This document shows positions 50,028-58,819 of a stretch of 64,000 nt of DNA, in pieces. Source of the stretch: Thermodesulfobacteriota bacterium (lineage in GTDB: Bacteria > Desulfobacterota_D > UBA1144 > Nemesobacterales > UBA2774); assembly GCA_965223335.1 (NCBI GenBank), contig OZ244991.1:2208001-2272000 (forward strand), read 5' to 3'. Each line of letters begins with the position of its first letter. Position 1 is the stretch's first letter. The notes below the pieces were generated by a model. The model was not told the DNA's origin. It did no database searches and worked only from the letters and a program-made list of their open reading frames with translations. The translations under genes and the position numbers were made by a program.

Positions 50028-50393
50028 ATGTCGTCAGATATTAGATTACAAACCGAAAGAACGCTGATGCGTCACCTGGCTGCGTTTGCCAGCAGAAACA
50101 TCGACAGCATACTTGCCGATTACACTGAAGAGACAATGATCGTACTGCCCGATCAAGAGATACAGGGTCTAGACAATGTGCGTGAGTTTTTTACCACGCT
50201 CCTAAACGACTACCTGCCGCTCGGCAGCACGTTTGAGCTCAAAAAGAATTTTATTCATGAGAATGTTGCATGTTTGATGTGGTCCGGAAAATCCGAGAAG
50301 TACAACTTCCCGTTTGCGACCGACACGATCGTGTTTAAGGACGACAAGATCCACATACAGACCATCGGTTACATACTCGAAGAGACCGGCTGA
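50028..50393 (+). CDS. SnoaL/NTF2-like protein
   Basis: HLAAF..IDSILADY, G...VREFF, DT.VFKDDKI..QT. Confidence 0.85.
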   Translation: MSSDIRLQTERTLMRHLAAFASRNIDSILADYTEETMIVLPDQEIQGLDNVREFFTTLLNDYLPLGSTFELKKNFIHENVACLMWSGKSEKYNFPFATDTIVFKDDKIHIQTIGYILEETG

Positions 50394-50401
50394 TCCGGCG
50401 G

Positions 50402-51322
50402 TTAAACCTCGTTGGCTATACCGTGGAGCAGCTCTGGCACAATGCTTCGCAAATAGCGCACAAAATCCTTAATGAACGGGTATTTCTCCGAGCTCTTGTT
50501 CCAGAGCACCTCATAGCCCAACATCACCTGCTTTCGGCTCGAGTCATAGAGCGGAAGCGCCCTTGTGTTCTCGTTCGTAATCTTGGATTTAGGCAATAGC
50601 ACCGAGCCTATGCCCAGGTCGGCCCATTGCTCTAGGATCCTGTAACTCTCGGCCCTGCCCTTATACTCCTTAAACGGCACACCGTTTTTCCTAAAAAGCT
50701 CGCGTGTAAAATTGGCGAGCCCGCACAACTCGGGCCCGAGTGCAAAAGTGTCCTCGGCAATATCATCCAGGTCCACACTGAGCTTGTCACGTCTTTTGGG
50801 CATATTGCCCGACGACTCTACGTAGTAAAGCCCCTCCTCATATAGCGGCATACTTCTATAGAGCTTGTTGTAAGTGTTCTTAAGCGAGAATGCAAAATCG
50901 ATGTTCTCGTCATCTAGCCTGGAGATAAGCTCGGCCTTCCCACACTCCTTGTATATAACCTCGGTATCGGTGTTTGTGCGCGTGTAGGGATCGAGCAGTG
51001 TTTTTAAGAGGCTGAAATTGATCATGGTCGAGAGCCCTATGCGCAGCACCGAGCGCTCGGGGTTCATAAACTCGTCTATGGCCACAGAAAGGTCTTTTTT
51101 GGACGAGATCATCTGCTCTATATAGGGTAGGATGCGCTCACCAAACGAGGTCAGCGCCACCTCGCGCGTCGTGCGTCTAAACACGGCTCCGCCCACCTCC
51201 TGCTCAAACTGTGCTATGGCGTTTGACAGTGTGGGCTGGCTCACACCGAAGTGCGCAGCCGCCTTGCTAAACGACCCGAGCTCCGCCACTCTGCTTATGT
51301 ATTCGAGTTGGTTAAGGTTCAT
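50402..51322 (-). CDS. LysR-family transcriptional regulator
   Basis: MNLNQLEY..GSFSKAA....VSQPTLS..F.RTTR.V.LT..G. Confidence 0.93.
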   Translation of the reverse strand: MNLNQLEYISRVAELGSFSKAAAHFGVSQPTLSNAIAQFEQEVGGAVFRRTTREVALTSFGERILPYIEQMISSKKDLSVAIDEFMNPERSVLRIGLSTMINFSLLKTLLDPYTRTNTDTEVIYKECGKAELISRLDDENIDFAFSLKNTYNKLYRSMPLYEEGLYYVESSGNMPKRRDKLSVDLDDIAEDTFALGPELCGLANFTRELFRKNGVPFKEYKGRAESYRILEQWADLGIGSVLLPKSKITNENTRALPLYDSSRKQVMLGYEVLWNKSSEKYPFIKDFVRYLRSIVPELLHGIANEV

Positions 51323-51439
51323 AATTATTTATTTGTAATCCCAATAACACCTATTTATATATGTAATTTTACTATAAGTCTACATAAATTTATTCTTATA
51401 TTCCAATTAGCTTTTACAAAATTTATAGGAGGGAATGTT

Positions 51440-52000
51440 ATGAGAATATTACAGTTTAGTTTGTTTGCAGTACTGCTATTGGTTGGTACAGTCGGGTTTG
51501 CCGACGAAGAGATGTCGGGCGGGGCCACTGAGGATAAACTTACCGACGCCACGATCATTTCCATATTCGACGATGCCAACACGGCTGACATCATTACGGG
51601 AAGAATAGGAGCGACCAAGGGTCATTCCGACGAAGTAAAAGCCCTTGGGAGGATGGTGGCCACAGACCATGTGCACGTACAGAACATGGGTCGCGAGCTT
51701 GCCAATAAACTGGGTGTGATCCCTGTGCCCCCTGACGGCGACCAGTCCATTATCAATCTGGCCCAGGTCATAAAGACACTCCAGTCCAAGTCGGGCCCGG
51801 ACTTTGACCTAGAGTATCTTATGTATGAGATCGGCTATCACCAGGCTGTTATAGACGCTATCGACAATGTTTTACTCCCCGAGACCGAGAACGAGGAGCT
51901 ACGTGCGCTCATCATAAAGGTAAGGCCGGGGTTCGAGGGCCACCTTGCTGCCACAAAAGCAGCGGCCAAAAAACTCGGCTATTTAGAAGAACAGCAGTAA
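51440..52000 (+). CDS. DUF4142 domain secreted protein
   Basis: AGGAGG RBS, signal peptide, EVKALGRMVATDH, GPDFD..Y...YH. Confidence 0.82.
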   Translation: MRILQFSLFAVLLLVGTVGFADEEMSGGATEDKLTDATIISIFDDANTADIITGRIGATKGHSDEVKALGRMVATDHVHVQNMGRELANKLGVIPVPPDGDQSIINLAQVIKTLQSKSGPDFDLEYLMYEIGYHQAVIDAIDNVLLPETENEELRALIIKVRPGFEGHLAATKAAAKKLGYLEEQQ

Positions 52001-52144
52001 CCTCCACTTGGGCTTAGAGGGCGTCTCGTTAATTCATGCGAAGGCGCCCTTTTTCTTTCTGTCCACGATTCAAATCCCATTCCGTTTTACAACCGACCCC
52101 TATTAAATATATAATGATTATATAAGGCATTCTGGGAGGGACCT

Positions 52145-52570
52145 GTGAATATAGAGTTCGGTACACACTACCTGCTCACTATACGGGAAGAAGAGCGTCT
52201 TAGGGTAAGGTCGTTCTACGAGTCGCTTTTAGGTTGCAACCTGCTCTCTCATGATATGGGTGCTACGACGAACATACCGCCGGATATCGATCTGTTTCAT
52301 TTTCCCGACGGCATTGTGCTTGGAGTCCGCTATGTGGACAACGGCGAGCCGGTGTTAGACACCGAACAGCACAAGCTTGGGTGCTGGATGGAGCTTGCCA
52401 CCGACGACGAGCAGCTGCTCATCGACAAGCTCCGGGAGTTCGGGGTCGAGGAGATCACGGACTTTTGGGATAAGGACCACTTCTATTTCCATGCCCCCGG
52501 CGGTCAGGTGTACAGGGTCGTCGATTTTGGAGTCGCGGAAACAAGCGGCCTAAAAGTAGCTGTAGGATAA
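52145..52570 (+). CDS. VOC-like protein
   Basis: FYESLLG and FYFHAPGGQVYRV motifs. Confidence 0.7.
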   Translation: MNIEFGTHYLLTIREEERLRVRSFYESLLGCNLLSHDMGATTNIPPDIDLFHFPDGIVLGVRYVDNGEPVLDTEQHKLGCWMELATDDEQLLIDKLREFGVEEITDFWDKDHFYFHAPGGQVYRVVDFGVAETSGLKVAVG

Positions 52571-52578
52571 TCTTTCTT

Positions 52579-52938
52579 ATGAAATACGCGTTTTTTTCGC
52601 TTATCTTCGCACTCGTGTTTATCGTGGCGGGCCTCTATTTGTTTAGGTACTACTTCGGCCCCCACACCAAGTACTGTCCCATCGGCCACCGCATGAGTGA
52701 TTCGTCCAACTGCCGCCTGCTCGATGTAGGCCCCGATATGCTGCTGCTCCAGCACGGCAACATCGATACCCACGACTACTACCTCGAGATCATCGACAAG
52801 GGCAAGTCCCGCAAATACCAGATGCCGGAAACAGCGCTAAAAAACGCTGTTAAAGGCTACCGTGCCGTGTTCATTGAGGGCGAGGACAAAAAGATAATGA
52901 TAAACGACCGGGAGACAGAGCTCATCCCACTTAAATAG
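52579..52938 (+). CDS. Membrane-anchored hypothetical protein
   Basis: N-terminal TM helix. Confidence 0.6.
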   Translation: MKYAFFSLIFALVFIVAGLYLFRYYFGPHTKYCPIGHRMSDSSNCRLLDVGPDMLLLQHGNIDTHDYYLEIIDKGKSRKYQMPETALKNAVKGYRAVFIEGEDKKIMINDRETELIPLK

Positions 52939-53039
52939 GTTCATTCGTATTAGATGTCATACAAATAGTTGTCTCACTGTGGTGTAACAGCTAGACTTTA
53001 ACCCTAACGTATTACATCCACTCACAATTGAGGTGAAGC

Positions 53040-53804
53040 ATGAAATTAGAAGGTAAATCAGCAATAATCACAGGCGGTGGTACAGGCATAGGGAAAGCCA
53101 CAGCACTCTTGTTTGCACGCGAGGGTGCCGATGTATTAATCACTGGCCGAAGAGAGGAAAAACTCCGGGAGGTAGCAGACGAGCATAACAGCGGGGGCGG
53201 TGCCATCGAGATTCTAAGCGCCGACGTTACGTCCGATGCCGACTGTAAAAAGACCGTGGACACTGCTATTGAGAAGTTCGGCAAGGTCGATGTGCTCTTT
53301 AACAATGCAGGGATTCTTTTTCCCGGTGCTACGCACGAGACCTCAGACGAGGTATGGGACAAGACCTTTGATATAAACGTAAAGGGGACTTTTCGTATGT
53401 CGCGTGCCGTGCTTCCGCATATGCTCGAGAACGGCTACGGCTCGATCATAAACAACTCGTCGGTCGTGGGTCTAAAGGCATATCCGGGGCTTGTGGCCTA
53501 TGTGGCTTCCAAGGGGGCTGTGTCACAGTTCACAAGGGCTATGGCGCTTGAGTACGCCGACAAGGGCATACGCGTTAACATGATAAATCCCGGGGTGATC
53601 GTTACCCCCATGGTGACCGAAAACTATATGGATCATGCCGAGGACAAAGATCAAGTCGAGCAGTACATGAAATCGCTACACCCCATGGGCAGACTCGGCG
53701 AGTCCGACGAGGTCGCCCACGCGGTACTCTTCCTCGCAGAGGACAACGTAGGGTTTATCACCGGTTCCGCCATCTCCGTAGACGGCGGTTGGGTAGCTAA
53801 ATAG
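53040..53804 (+). CDS. SDR family oxidoreductase
   Basis: TGGGTGIG, NNAG and YVASK motifs. Confidence 0.94.
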   Translation: MKLEGKSAIITGGGTGIGKATALLFAREGADVLITGRREEKLREVADEHNSGGGAIEILSADVTSDADCKKTVDTAIEKFGKVDVLFNNAGILFPGATHETSDEVWDKTFDINVKGTFRMSRAVLPHMLENGYGSIINNSSVVGLKAYPGLVAYVASKGAVSQFTRAMALEYADKGIRVNMINPGVIVTPMVTENYMDHAEDKDQVEQYMKSLHPMGRLGESDEVAHAVLFLAEDNVGFITGSAISVDGGWVAK

Positions 53805-53824
53805 GTATTTATCAGAGGTGGTAT

Positions 53825-54199
53825 ATGAAAGGAATGTTTCTATTAGGTATTGCGATAATAGTACTCGGGTTCTCTCTTTGGAGTGGTGCCCAAGAGTCTG
53901 AGAAGATTGTGCTCCATGGCAAGATCACTGCGGCTTGCGAGTCCGACCCCTCGGGCAAAAACAGCTGCCGTGACGCCACGGCCTGGCAATTCCCAAACCC
54001 CGGCTATAAAATGCGTGGCTATATACTTCTCCAGACCTGCGGGGATTATGATGAATCCACGGGCGGCCACGAGATAAAGGAACTTAAGGACTCGGAAGAT
54101 AACATTATAGGCTATGAGTTAGCAGTCTGGTGCGAGGGTTTTCAAGATAAACCCTGCTGCATCGGCCAACAAATGACCATCTCTTATACCGAGAGGTAA
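53825..54199 (+). CDS. Secreted Cys-containing hypothetical protein
   Basis: GAGG RBS, signal peptide, six Cys. Confidence 0.65.
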   Translation: MKGMFLLGIAIIVLGFSLWSGAQESEKIVLHGKITAACESDPSGKNSCRDATAWQFPNPGYKMRGYILLQTCGDYDESTGGHEIKELKDSEDNIIGYELAVWCEGFQDKPCCIGQQMTISYTER

Positions 54200-54275
54200 T
54201 CCGCATCATCCCCCTGCGTCTTTTTGCGCCTCCACTCGTCTTTTATAGATGAGAACGAAAACAAGGAGGCGTACC

Positions 54276-54368
54276 ATGGCCAAGAATAAAACAAAGAAAT
54301 GTAAGTGCAAGTGCTGCGAGTGCACAAAATCCTGCTGCGGCAGGTGTGTGTGCGTATGTGAATGCTAA
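54276..54368 (+). CDS. 30-aa metallothionein-like peptide (not in ORF track)
   Basis: AAGGAGG RBS; MAKNKTKKCKCKCCECTKSCCGRCVCVCEC, 11 Cys. Confidence 0.7.
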   Translation: MAKNKTKKCKCKCCECTKSCCGRCVCVCEC

Positions 54369-54461
54369 GTGTCCGAGGCACGATCAAATAATAGTTTACT
54401 TTGGGTCCCATAAGCTCTTATATGGGGCCCTTCCCTATCCGATGCGTGTTACAATATTTAT

Positions 54462-55019
54462 ATGAATACCGAGACTGTTTGGAACGACTTTTCCCAGAGC
54501 ATCCGCCATGTCCTATTGCGCAAGGCCCGCTCACCCGAAGACGCAGACGACCTGCTGCAGGATATCTTTCTAAAGATCCATAACGGCCTCGCCAGCCTCG
54601 AAGACGACGCCAAACTCACCCCCTGGGTCTACCGCATCGTTAACAACACGGTCACCGATTACTATCGCAAAAAGAATATTTCGATTACGGAGCTTGACTC
54701 CGATACCATCCCCTCGCCCGACGAGAGCGATAACGATATCGACCGCCACCTAAAACGCTGCCTCGGAACGTTCATAGATAACATGCCCCCCGACTATCGC
54801 CAGGCTCTTGTAAAAAGTGAGCTCCAGGGCATGAAGCAAGCCGACATCGCCGACCAGATCGGCCTCTCGCACTCGGGTGTTAAATCCCGTGTCCAGCGCG
54901 GCCGCCAAAAACTAAAACAGATGTTCATGGACTGCTGCCACCTCTCGCTCGACAATAAGGGCAAACTCCACGGCGATATGGACCCCGAGAACTGCACACT
55001 CTGCGGCTCTTCCGACTAG
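54462..55019 (+). CDS. sigZ: ECF RNA polymerase sigma factor, SigZ-like
   Basis: DADDLLQDIFLKIH, WVYRI..N, SGVKSRVQRGRQKLK, C-terminal DCC..CxxC. Confidence 0.85.
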   Translation: MNTETVWNDFSQSIRHVLLRKARSPEDADDLLQDIFLKIHNGLASLEDDAKLTPWVYRIVNNTVTDYYRKKNISITELDSDTIPSPDESDNDIDRHLKRCLGTFIDNMPPDYRQALVKSELQGMKQADIADQIGLSHSGVKSRVQRGRQKLKQMFMDCCHLSLDNKGKLHGDMDPENCTLCGSSD

Positions 55020-55098
55020 TTGTTGCATCCCCCGCCCATTGATCCCGCACTCACCACCGTTTATTATGAATACCATCAACTGTAGCCAGGGAGGTCAT

Positions 55099-55461
55099 AT
55101 GATAGAGGTCATGGAAGGTCTTTCGGGTAACGTGGTGGGTTTCCGTGCGGGAGGTCAGGTTTCGTCAGAGGACTACGAAAAGGTGCTCATACCTGCTGTG
55201 GAAGAGGCGCTAAAGAAGCATGAGAAAGTCCGGCTCTTATACCAACTCGGCGACGATTTTATGGGGTTTGATCCCATGGCCATGTGGGAAGACGCCAAGG
55301 TCGGCCTCACGCATATGACCTCGTGGGAGCGCATAGCGATCGTCACCGATGTCGAGTGGCTTCGTAATATGGCCCATATGTTCGGGTTTGTTATGCCGGG
55401 CCATGTAAAGGTCTACAAAAACGCCGAGATCGCACAGGCGCTCGAGTGGATCAGCTCTTAG
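55099..55461 (+). CDS. SpoIIAA-like (STAS/SEC14) protein
   Basis: GGAGG RBS; DYEKVLIP, AMWEDAK.G, RIAIVTDVEW. Confidence 0.85.
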   Translation: MIEVMEGLSGNVVGFRAGGQVSSEDYEKVLIPAVEEALKKHEKVRLLYQLGDDFMGFDPMAMWEDAKVGLTHMTSWERIAIVTDVEWLRNMAHMFGFVMPGHVKVYKNAEIAQALEWISS

Positions 55462-55664
55462 CCCCCCTGCATCCTGTCCCAGCAGCCGTCACAGATCCCC
55501 GTGTTGGGGCTTGTCATCACGAGTGTTTTGTGCGCCATACTGCACTCCGTACAGCGGTGCTCGCCGTAATTGTCGTTAAACCTTATCCACGCCAGCCAGG
55601 GTGTCCCGGCATGAAAGCTCATAATGAGTTCGTTTAGACTAACTTCTTCCGATGAGTCATTCAT
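55458..55664 (-). CDS. Small phage protein with two CxxC motifs
   Basis: CTEC..CDGC; last gene of the minus-strand run. Confidence 0.55.
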   Translation of the reverse strand: MNDSSEEVSLNELIMSFHAGTPWLAWIRFNDNYGEHRCTECSMAHKTLVMTSPNTGICDGCWDRMQGG

Positions 55665-55669
55665 ACCGC

Positions 55670-56032
55670 TTAGCTGTCCATGTTGTTTTTGTAGTACTCT
55701 TCCATTCTCTGCATATGTTGGAGTATCTGTGTCTGCACGACGATCTGCTCCCCTATCCTCTCGCCCAGGTCCTTGATAGCGTCCTCAAGCGACCGGCGTA
55801 CATACCATAGCGGTATGCCGTCCTGGTCGGTCTTTGAGTGCCACAGGTGCAGGTCATCCACCTTATCCTTAATCGTTGTCACTGTCTCTTTCATATCATG
55901 TACGTTCTCGCTCATTATGATCCCCCGATTGCCACTCCCGTATCGTTTTTTTTCTAGGAATGCGAGTACCTCGCGGATAACCAATATTGCCGCGATCAGC
56001 CCCACTCCAAGCTCCATCAACCTATCGTCCAT
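55670..56032 (-). CDS. Phage membrane protein (holin-like, one TM plus coiled coil)
   Basis: N-terminal TM; located in the lysis cassette. Confidence 0.55.
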   Translation of the reverse strand: MDDRLMELGVGLIAAILVIREVLAFLEKKRYGSGNRGIIMSENVHDMKETVTTIKDKVDDLHLWHSKTDQDGIPLWYVRRSLEDAIKDLGERIGEQIVVQTQILQHMQRMEEYYKNNMDS

Positions 56033-56041
56033 TGTCCTTTC

Positions 56042-56338
56042 CTACTCCCTGTTCATCGCATCCAGACGCGCGTCGAGTATCTTGTATTCACGCTCCCAGT
56101 ACTTCCAGACCGACCTATAGCAAAATAGCGCCTCCTGCACCAGATTCTGTGTAATCACCCGAGCCTCCCTAAGGTCTTCGATCTCTTTCATGCACGCAGG
56201 CTGTGCGGTCTTTAGCTCTGTGTGAGTCTTGTATTCTATTTTTGGTTTTGTTACCTTGGGTGCTGTGCACGCAGCCGTACTAATCAGTACCGTCAAAATC
56301 ATCACCCAAAATATCCCACCGGTCCTCTGTAGTCGCAT
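56042..56338 (-). CDS. Putative outer-membrane spanin (Rz1-like lipoprotein)
   Basis: Lipobox TAAC; overlaps the upstream gene in another frame. Confidence 0.6.
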   Translation of the reverse strand: MRLQRTGGIFWVMILTVLISTAACTAPKVTKPKIEYKTHTELKTAQPACMKEIEDLREARVITQNLVQEALFCYRSVWKYWEREYKILDARLDAMNRE

Positions 56339-56531
56339 TGTCCCATTCCTCTATTTTTTTGCGTTCCTCTTTTTCGAGTTCCACGCGCGTGCGGATTGCA
56401 GCGTTCTCACCGCTAAGCTCCACGTTACGCCGCCTTGCCTCCATGTACTTCTCCTGGAGCTCTATCTCCTTTCTCCGCCCTAGCAATTTGGCCACAATCC
56501 ACCCGATGATGCTTGCTATTATCGATCCCAT
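56280..56531 (-). CDS. Putative inner-membrane spanin (Rz-like)
   Basis: N-terminal hydrophobic anchor plus charged coiled coil. Confidence 0.55.
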   Translation of the reverse strand: MGSIIASIIGWIVAKLLGRRKEIELQEKYMEARRRNVELSGENAAIRTRVELEKEERKKIEEWDNATTEDRWDILGDDFDGTD

Positions 56532-56543
56532 GCTAAAGCTCCC

Positions 56544-56993
56544 CTAATCCAGCATCCAGTCGCCGCCACAGGCTAGGAAAAGCCCCGACTCGTGCTTCGA
56601 GTCCACCTCACCGGTGTGTGTATACATCCAGTGGTGCACGCACTCGTGTGCAAGGATTCTGGTCTCGGCCCCCTGGGGCATGATGATCCATCCCACACCG
56701 TCACTGACCTCGTAGCATCCCTTTTTCAGCGTACCGCCGCACTCCACCCCATTGCCCCCGCTCATCCCGCGTATCATGGGCAGCGGGTAATTCTCGGTGT
56801 TTAATCCCATACAGGTCTTAACCCTCATACAGGTCTCGAGAGCTGTCTCGGCCGATGGGTATGTAACCGTATCGTTCCCTGTCATGGGCCCCTCATACAA
56901 TACATCCGTGGCCGGGGTCAGCTTGTTCGGACACCCTGCTATCGAGAGCGCTGCCGCGCATACCAATGCAATAATTAGCTTATTCATCTCCAT
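56544..56993 (-). CDS. Phage lipoprotein with HExxH metallopeptidase motif
   Basis: Lipobox IAGC; ILAHECVH. Confidence 0.65.
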   Translation of the reverse strand: MEMNKLIIALVCAAALSIAGCPNKLTPATDVLYEGPMTGNDTVTYPSAETALETCMRVKTCMGLNTENYPLPMIRGMSGGNGVECGGTLKKGCYEVSDGVGWIIMPQGAETRILAHECVHHWMYTHTGEVDSKHESGLFLACGGDWMLD

Positions 56994-57309
56994 CCTCCTC
57001 TGTGTCCGGTGTTATCGGTATAGGTGTAAAGTCCAGTTTCTCCGACGTGCTAAATACCCCAAGCAGGTTCATTGCCGACACCAATGCGTCTATAAACTGC
57101 GACACCAGGTTTACGATCATGTTCTGCCCATCAGTGTCGTTATCCGTAAAATAGCTCTTGGTGGTCAGCACGTTTTGTATGATCTGAAGCACTTTATTTT
57201 TCTTAATGCTCCCCATCTTTACCCCCGTCACCACGCTCTCTACATCGAGCACAGTGGTCACAATTATGGGTATCAGATCGGGTGCGAGTCTAAGTAGTTC
57301 TTTAAGCAT
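56980..57309 (-). CDS. Phage hypothetical protein
   Basis: GGAG RBS; overlaps both neighbours. Confidence 0.6.
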   Translation of the reverse strand: MLKELLRLAPDLIPIIVTTVLDVESVVTGVKMGSIKKNKVLQIIQNVLTTKSYFTDNDTDGQNMIVNLVSQFIDALVSAMNLLGVFSTSEKLDFTPIPITPDTEEDGDE

Positions 57310-57523
57310 TTGCTCCCTCCGGTTTCTGTCTATTGGGTACGATGAGTGTTACGATCGCCATTGCTAAAATCAGCGTTTTGGTCTGCAGGTCGGGCGATAC
57401 ATCCACGCCAAACTCTGTCAGCAGGCCAAACAAAAAGTCCACACTGGCCCCCACCACACCCGAGTAAATCGTCTTGTTATACGAGCTGTTTAGTAAGCTC
57501 CCAGCCTTTTCCTTAACTTTCAT
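57302..57523 (-). CDS. Putative holin (two TM helices)
   Basis: 73 aa, two hydrophobic segments, directly after the endolysin. Confidence 0.6.
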   Translation of the reverse strand: MKVKEKAGSLLNSSYNKTIYSGVVGASVDFLFGLLTEFGVDVSPDLQTKTLILAMAIVTLIVPNRQKPEGANA

Positions 57524-58112
57524 TTGCCCTAAGCTCCCCTTTTTTATAAACGTCTCTAAACCTGTCGTATCCGTGTAGCCCCCCGTTTACAAGTCGCCTT
57601 GCACGCTTAAGGTCCCCGTTGCCGAGCGCTTCCTTAATCCGCTCCTCTTTGTTCTTCAGATAGAGTGCAAGTGCACGTGCCGACACTATGGGGTGCTCTA
57701 TAAGCTCGGGGAATTCCTCAAGCGGTATCCCAAGCTCCTCGCCAATGACCCTGTAGTTGTAGCGTCCCGTAAGCTGTATTGCCCCCCCTCCCCTGTACAT
57801 TTTGCCGTCGGGCTTGCCGGTGTTGCCCAGGTCGTCCCTGTTGTCATAGAGGTCAAAAGAATGGTTCATGAGCCTGCCATTAGGGCTCGTGTTATACTGC
57901 GATACGTACTCGCGTATACCGATGTTGAAGTTGCCCGTCTCCACGGCAATCGTGGCTAGGGCCATTAGCATCATCTCGTCATAATCGAGGCTGCTCTCGT
58001 CAAGCGCCATATACACTATGGGCCAGTAGCGCATGATATAGGTCTTGTTAGCCTGTGGCAGCAGCCTCAGTACAAAATCACTCGTAAACGTCACAAGACA
58101 TTTTGTATTCAT
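57513..58112 (-). CDS. Glycoside hydrolase family 19 endolysin
   Basis: ET, LGN...DG..YRGGGAIQLTGRYNY, R.VNGG..G..R; GGAGG RBS before MNTKC. Confidence 0.88.
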   Translation of the reverse strand: MNTKCLVTFTSDFVLRLLPQANKTYIMRYWPIVYMALDESSLDYDEMMLMALATIAVETGNFNIGIREYVSQYNTSPNGRLMNHSFDLYDNRDDLGNTGKPDGKMYRGGGAIQLTGRYNYRVIGEELGIPLEEFPELIEHPIVSARALALYLKNKEERIKEALGNGDLKRARRLVNGGLHGYDRFRDVYKKGELRANES

Positions 58113-58131
58113 GTGTCCTCCGTCCGGATAC

Positions 58132-58166
58132 AAAAAACCCGGCCGATCCCACAGGGGACCGCCGGG
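58132..58166 (-). terminator. Intrinsic terminator immediately upstream of the endolysin RBS
   Basis: CCCGGC-GGTCCC-CTGT-GGGATC-G-GCCGGG-TTTTTT. Confidence 0.8.
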
Positions 58167-58330
58167 CGCAATAGTGCTCAATAACGAAGCGGCGACGCTA
58201 CTAAAAGAGTGTATGGAGGATGTCTAATCCTTTAAAACGCGCCGCCGCCCCGTAATTTGGTTGGTTAAAAATTCAGTAGTTTAGTTAGATGGTTGTTATG
58301 AAACTGCTAACAAATTTCAACAAAATAAAT

Positions 58331-58807
58331 TCATTCAAATGGGTCTGCAATTTTCCTCGGTGGCAGCTCTTTCCACGCCCCCTCTATCTTTTTCTGCACC
58401 TTCTCGCCCCTGGTCCTAGCCTGGATATCTCTTTTTCCTTCTAAGTATTTACTATCTTTCGGAGCAATATATTTCTTTCCGGTGATCCCTTCATCTGGTA
58501 TAGAAGGGCTAGAGTCCAGCTGTGCCTTTCTCATCTCCCTCCTTGCCTCCTCATACTCTATAAAATCAATCTTATAACAGTTTAAATCACCCCTCGGGTC
58601 ATCCTTTAATCCCTCCAAAATATCCTCTGCAAACACAGAATCTTTACCGGTTTCCATCATTGAGATCATATCCCCTCTATCCGTACATACACACCAATAA
58701 TCCCTACTATCATAAATTTCTTGATCCTCCTCTGTCTCAAACAATACCTCTCCCTGATCTCCGATACGATACTTAATCCCACTTGCCTTTCTGATTTCGC
58801 TCGGCAT
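58331..58807 (-). CDS. Phage hypothetical protein following the tail gene
   Basis: GGAGG RBS; charged 158-aa ORF. Confidence 0.65.
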   Translation of the reverse strand: MPSEIRKASGIKYRIGDQGEVLFETEEDQEIYDSRDYWCVCTDRGDMISMMETGKDSVFAEDILEGLKDDPRGDLNCYKIDFIEYEEARREMRKAQLDSSPSIPDEGITGKKYIAPKDSKYLEGKRDIQARTRGEKVQKKIEGAWKELPPRKIADPFE

Positions 58808-58819
58808 TTTATTGCCTCC

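Noticed and set aside
55400..55500. Prophage attachment site
   Set aside because: No tRNA or identifiable direct repeat; the other prophage end is outside the window, so the boundary is inferred only from the strand switch
58113..58181. N-terminal extension of the endolysin in the ORF track
   Set aside because: It runs through the terminator hairpin; the RBS supports the ATG at 58112
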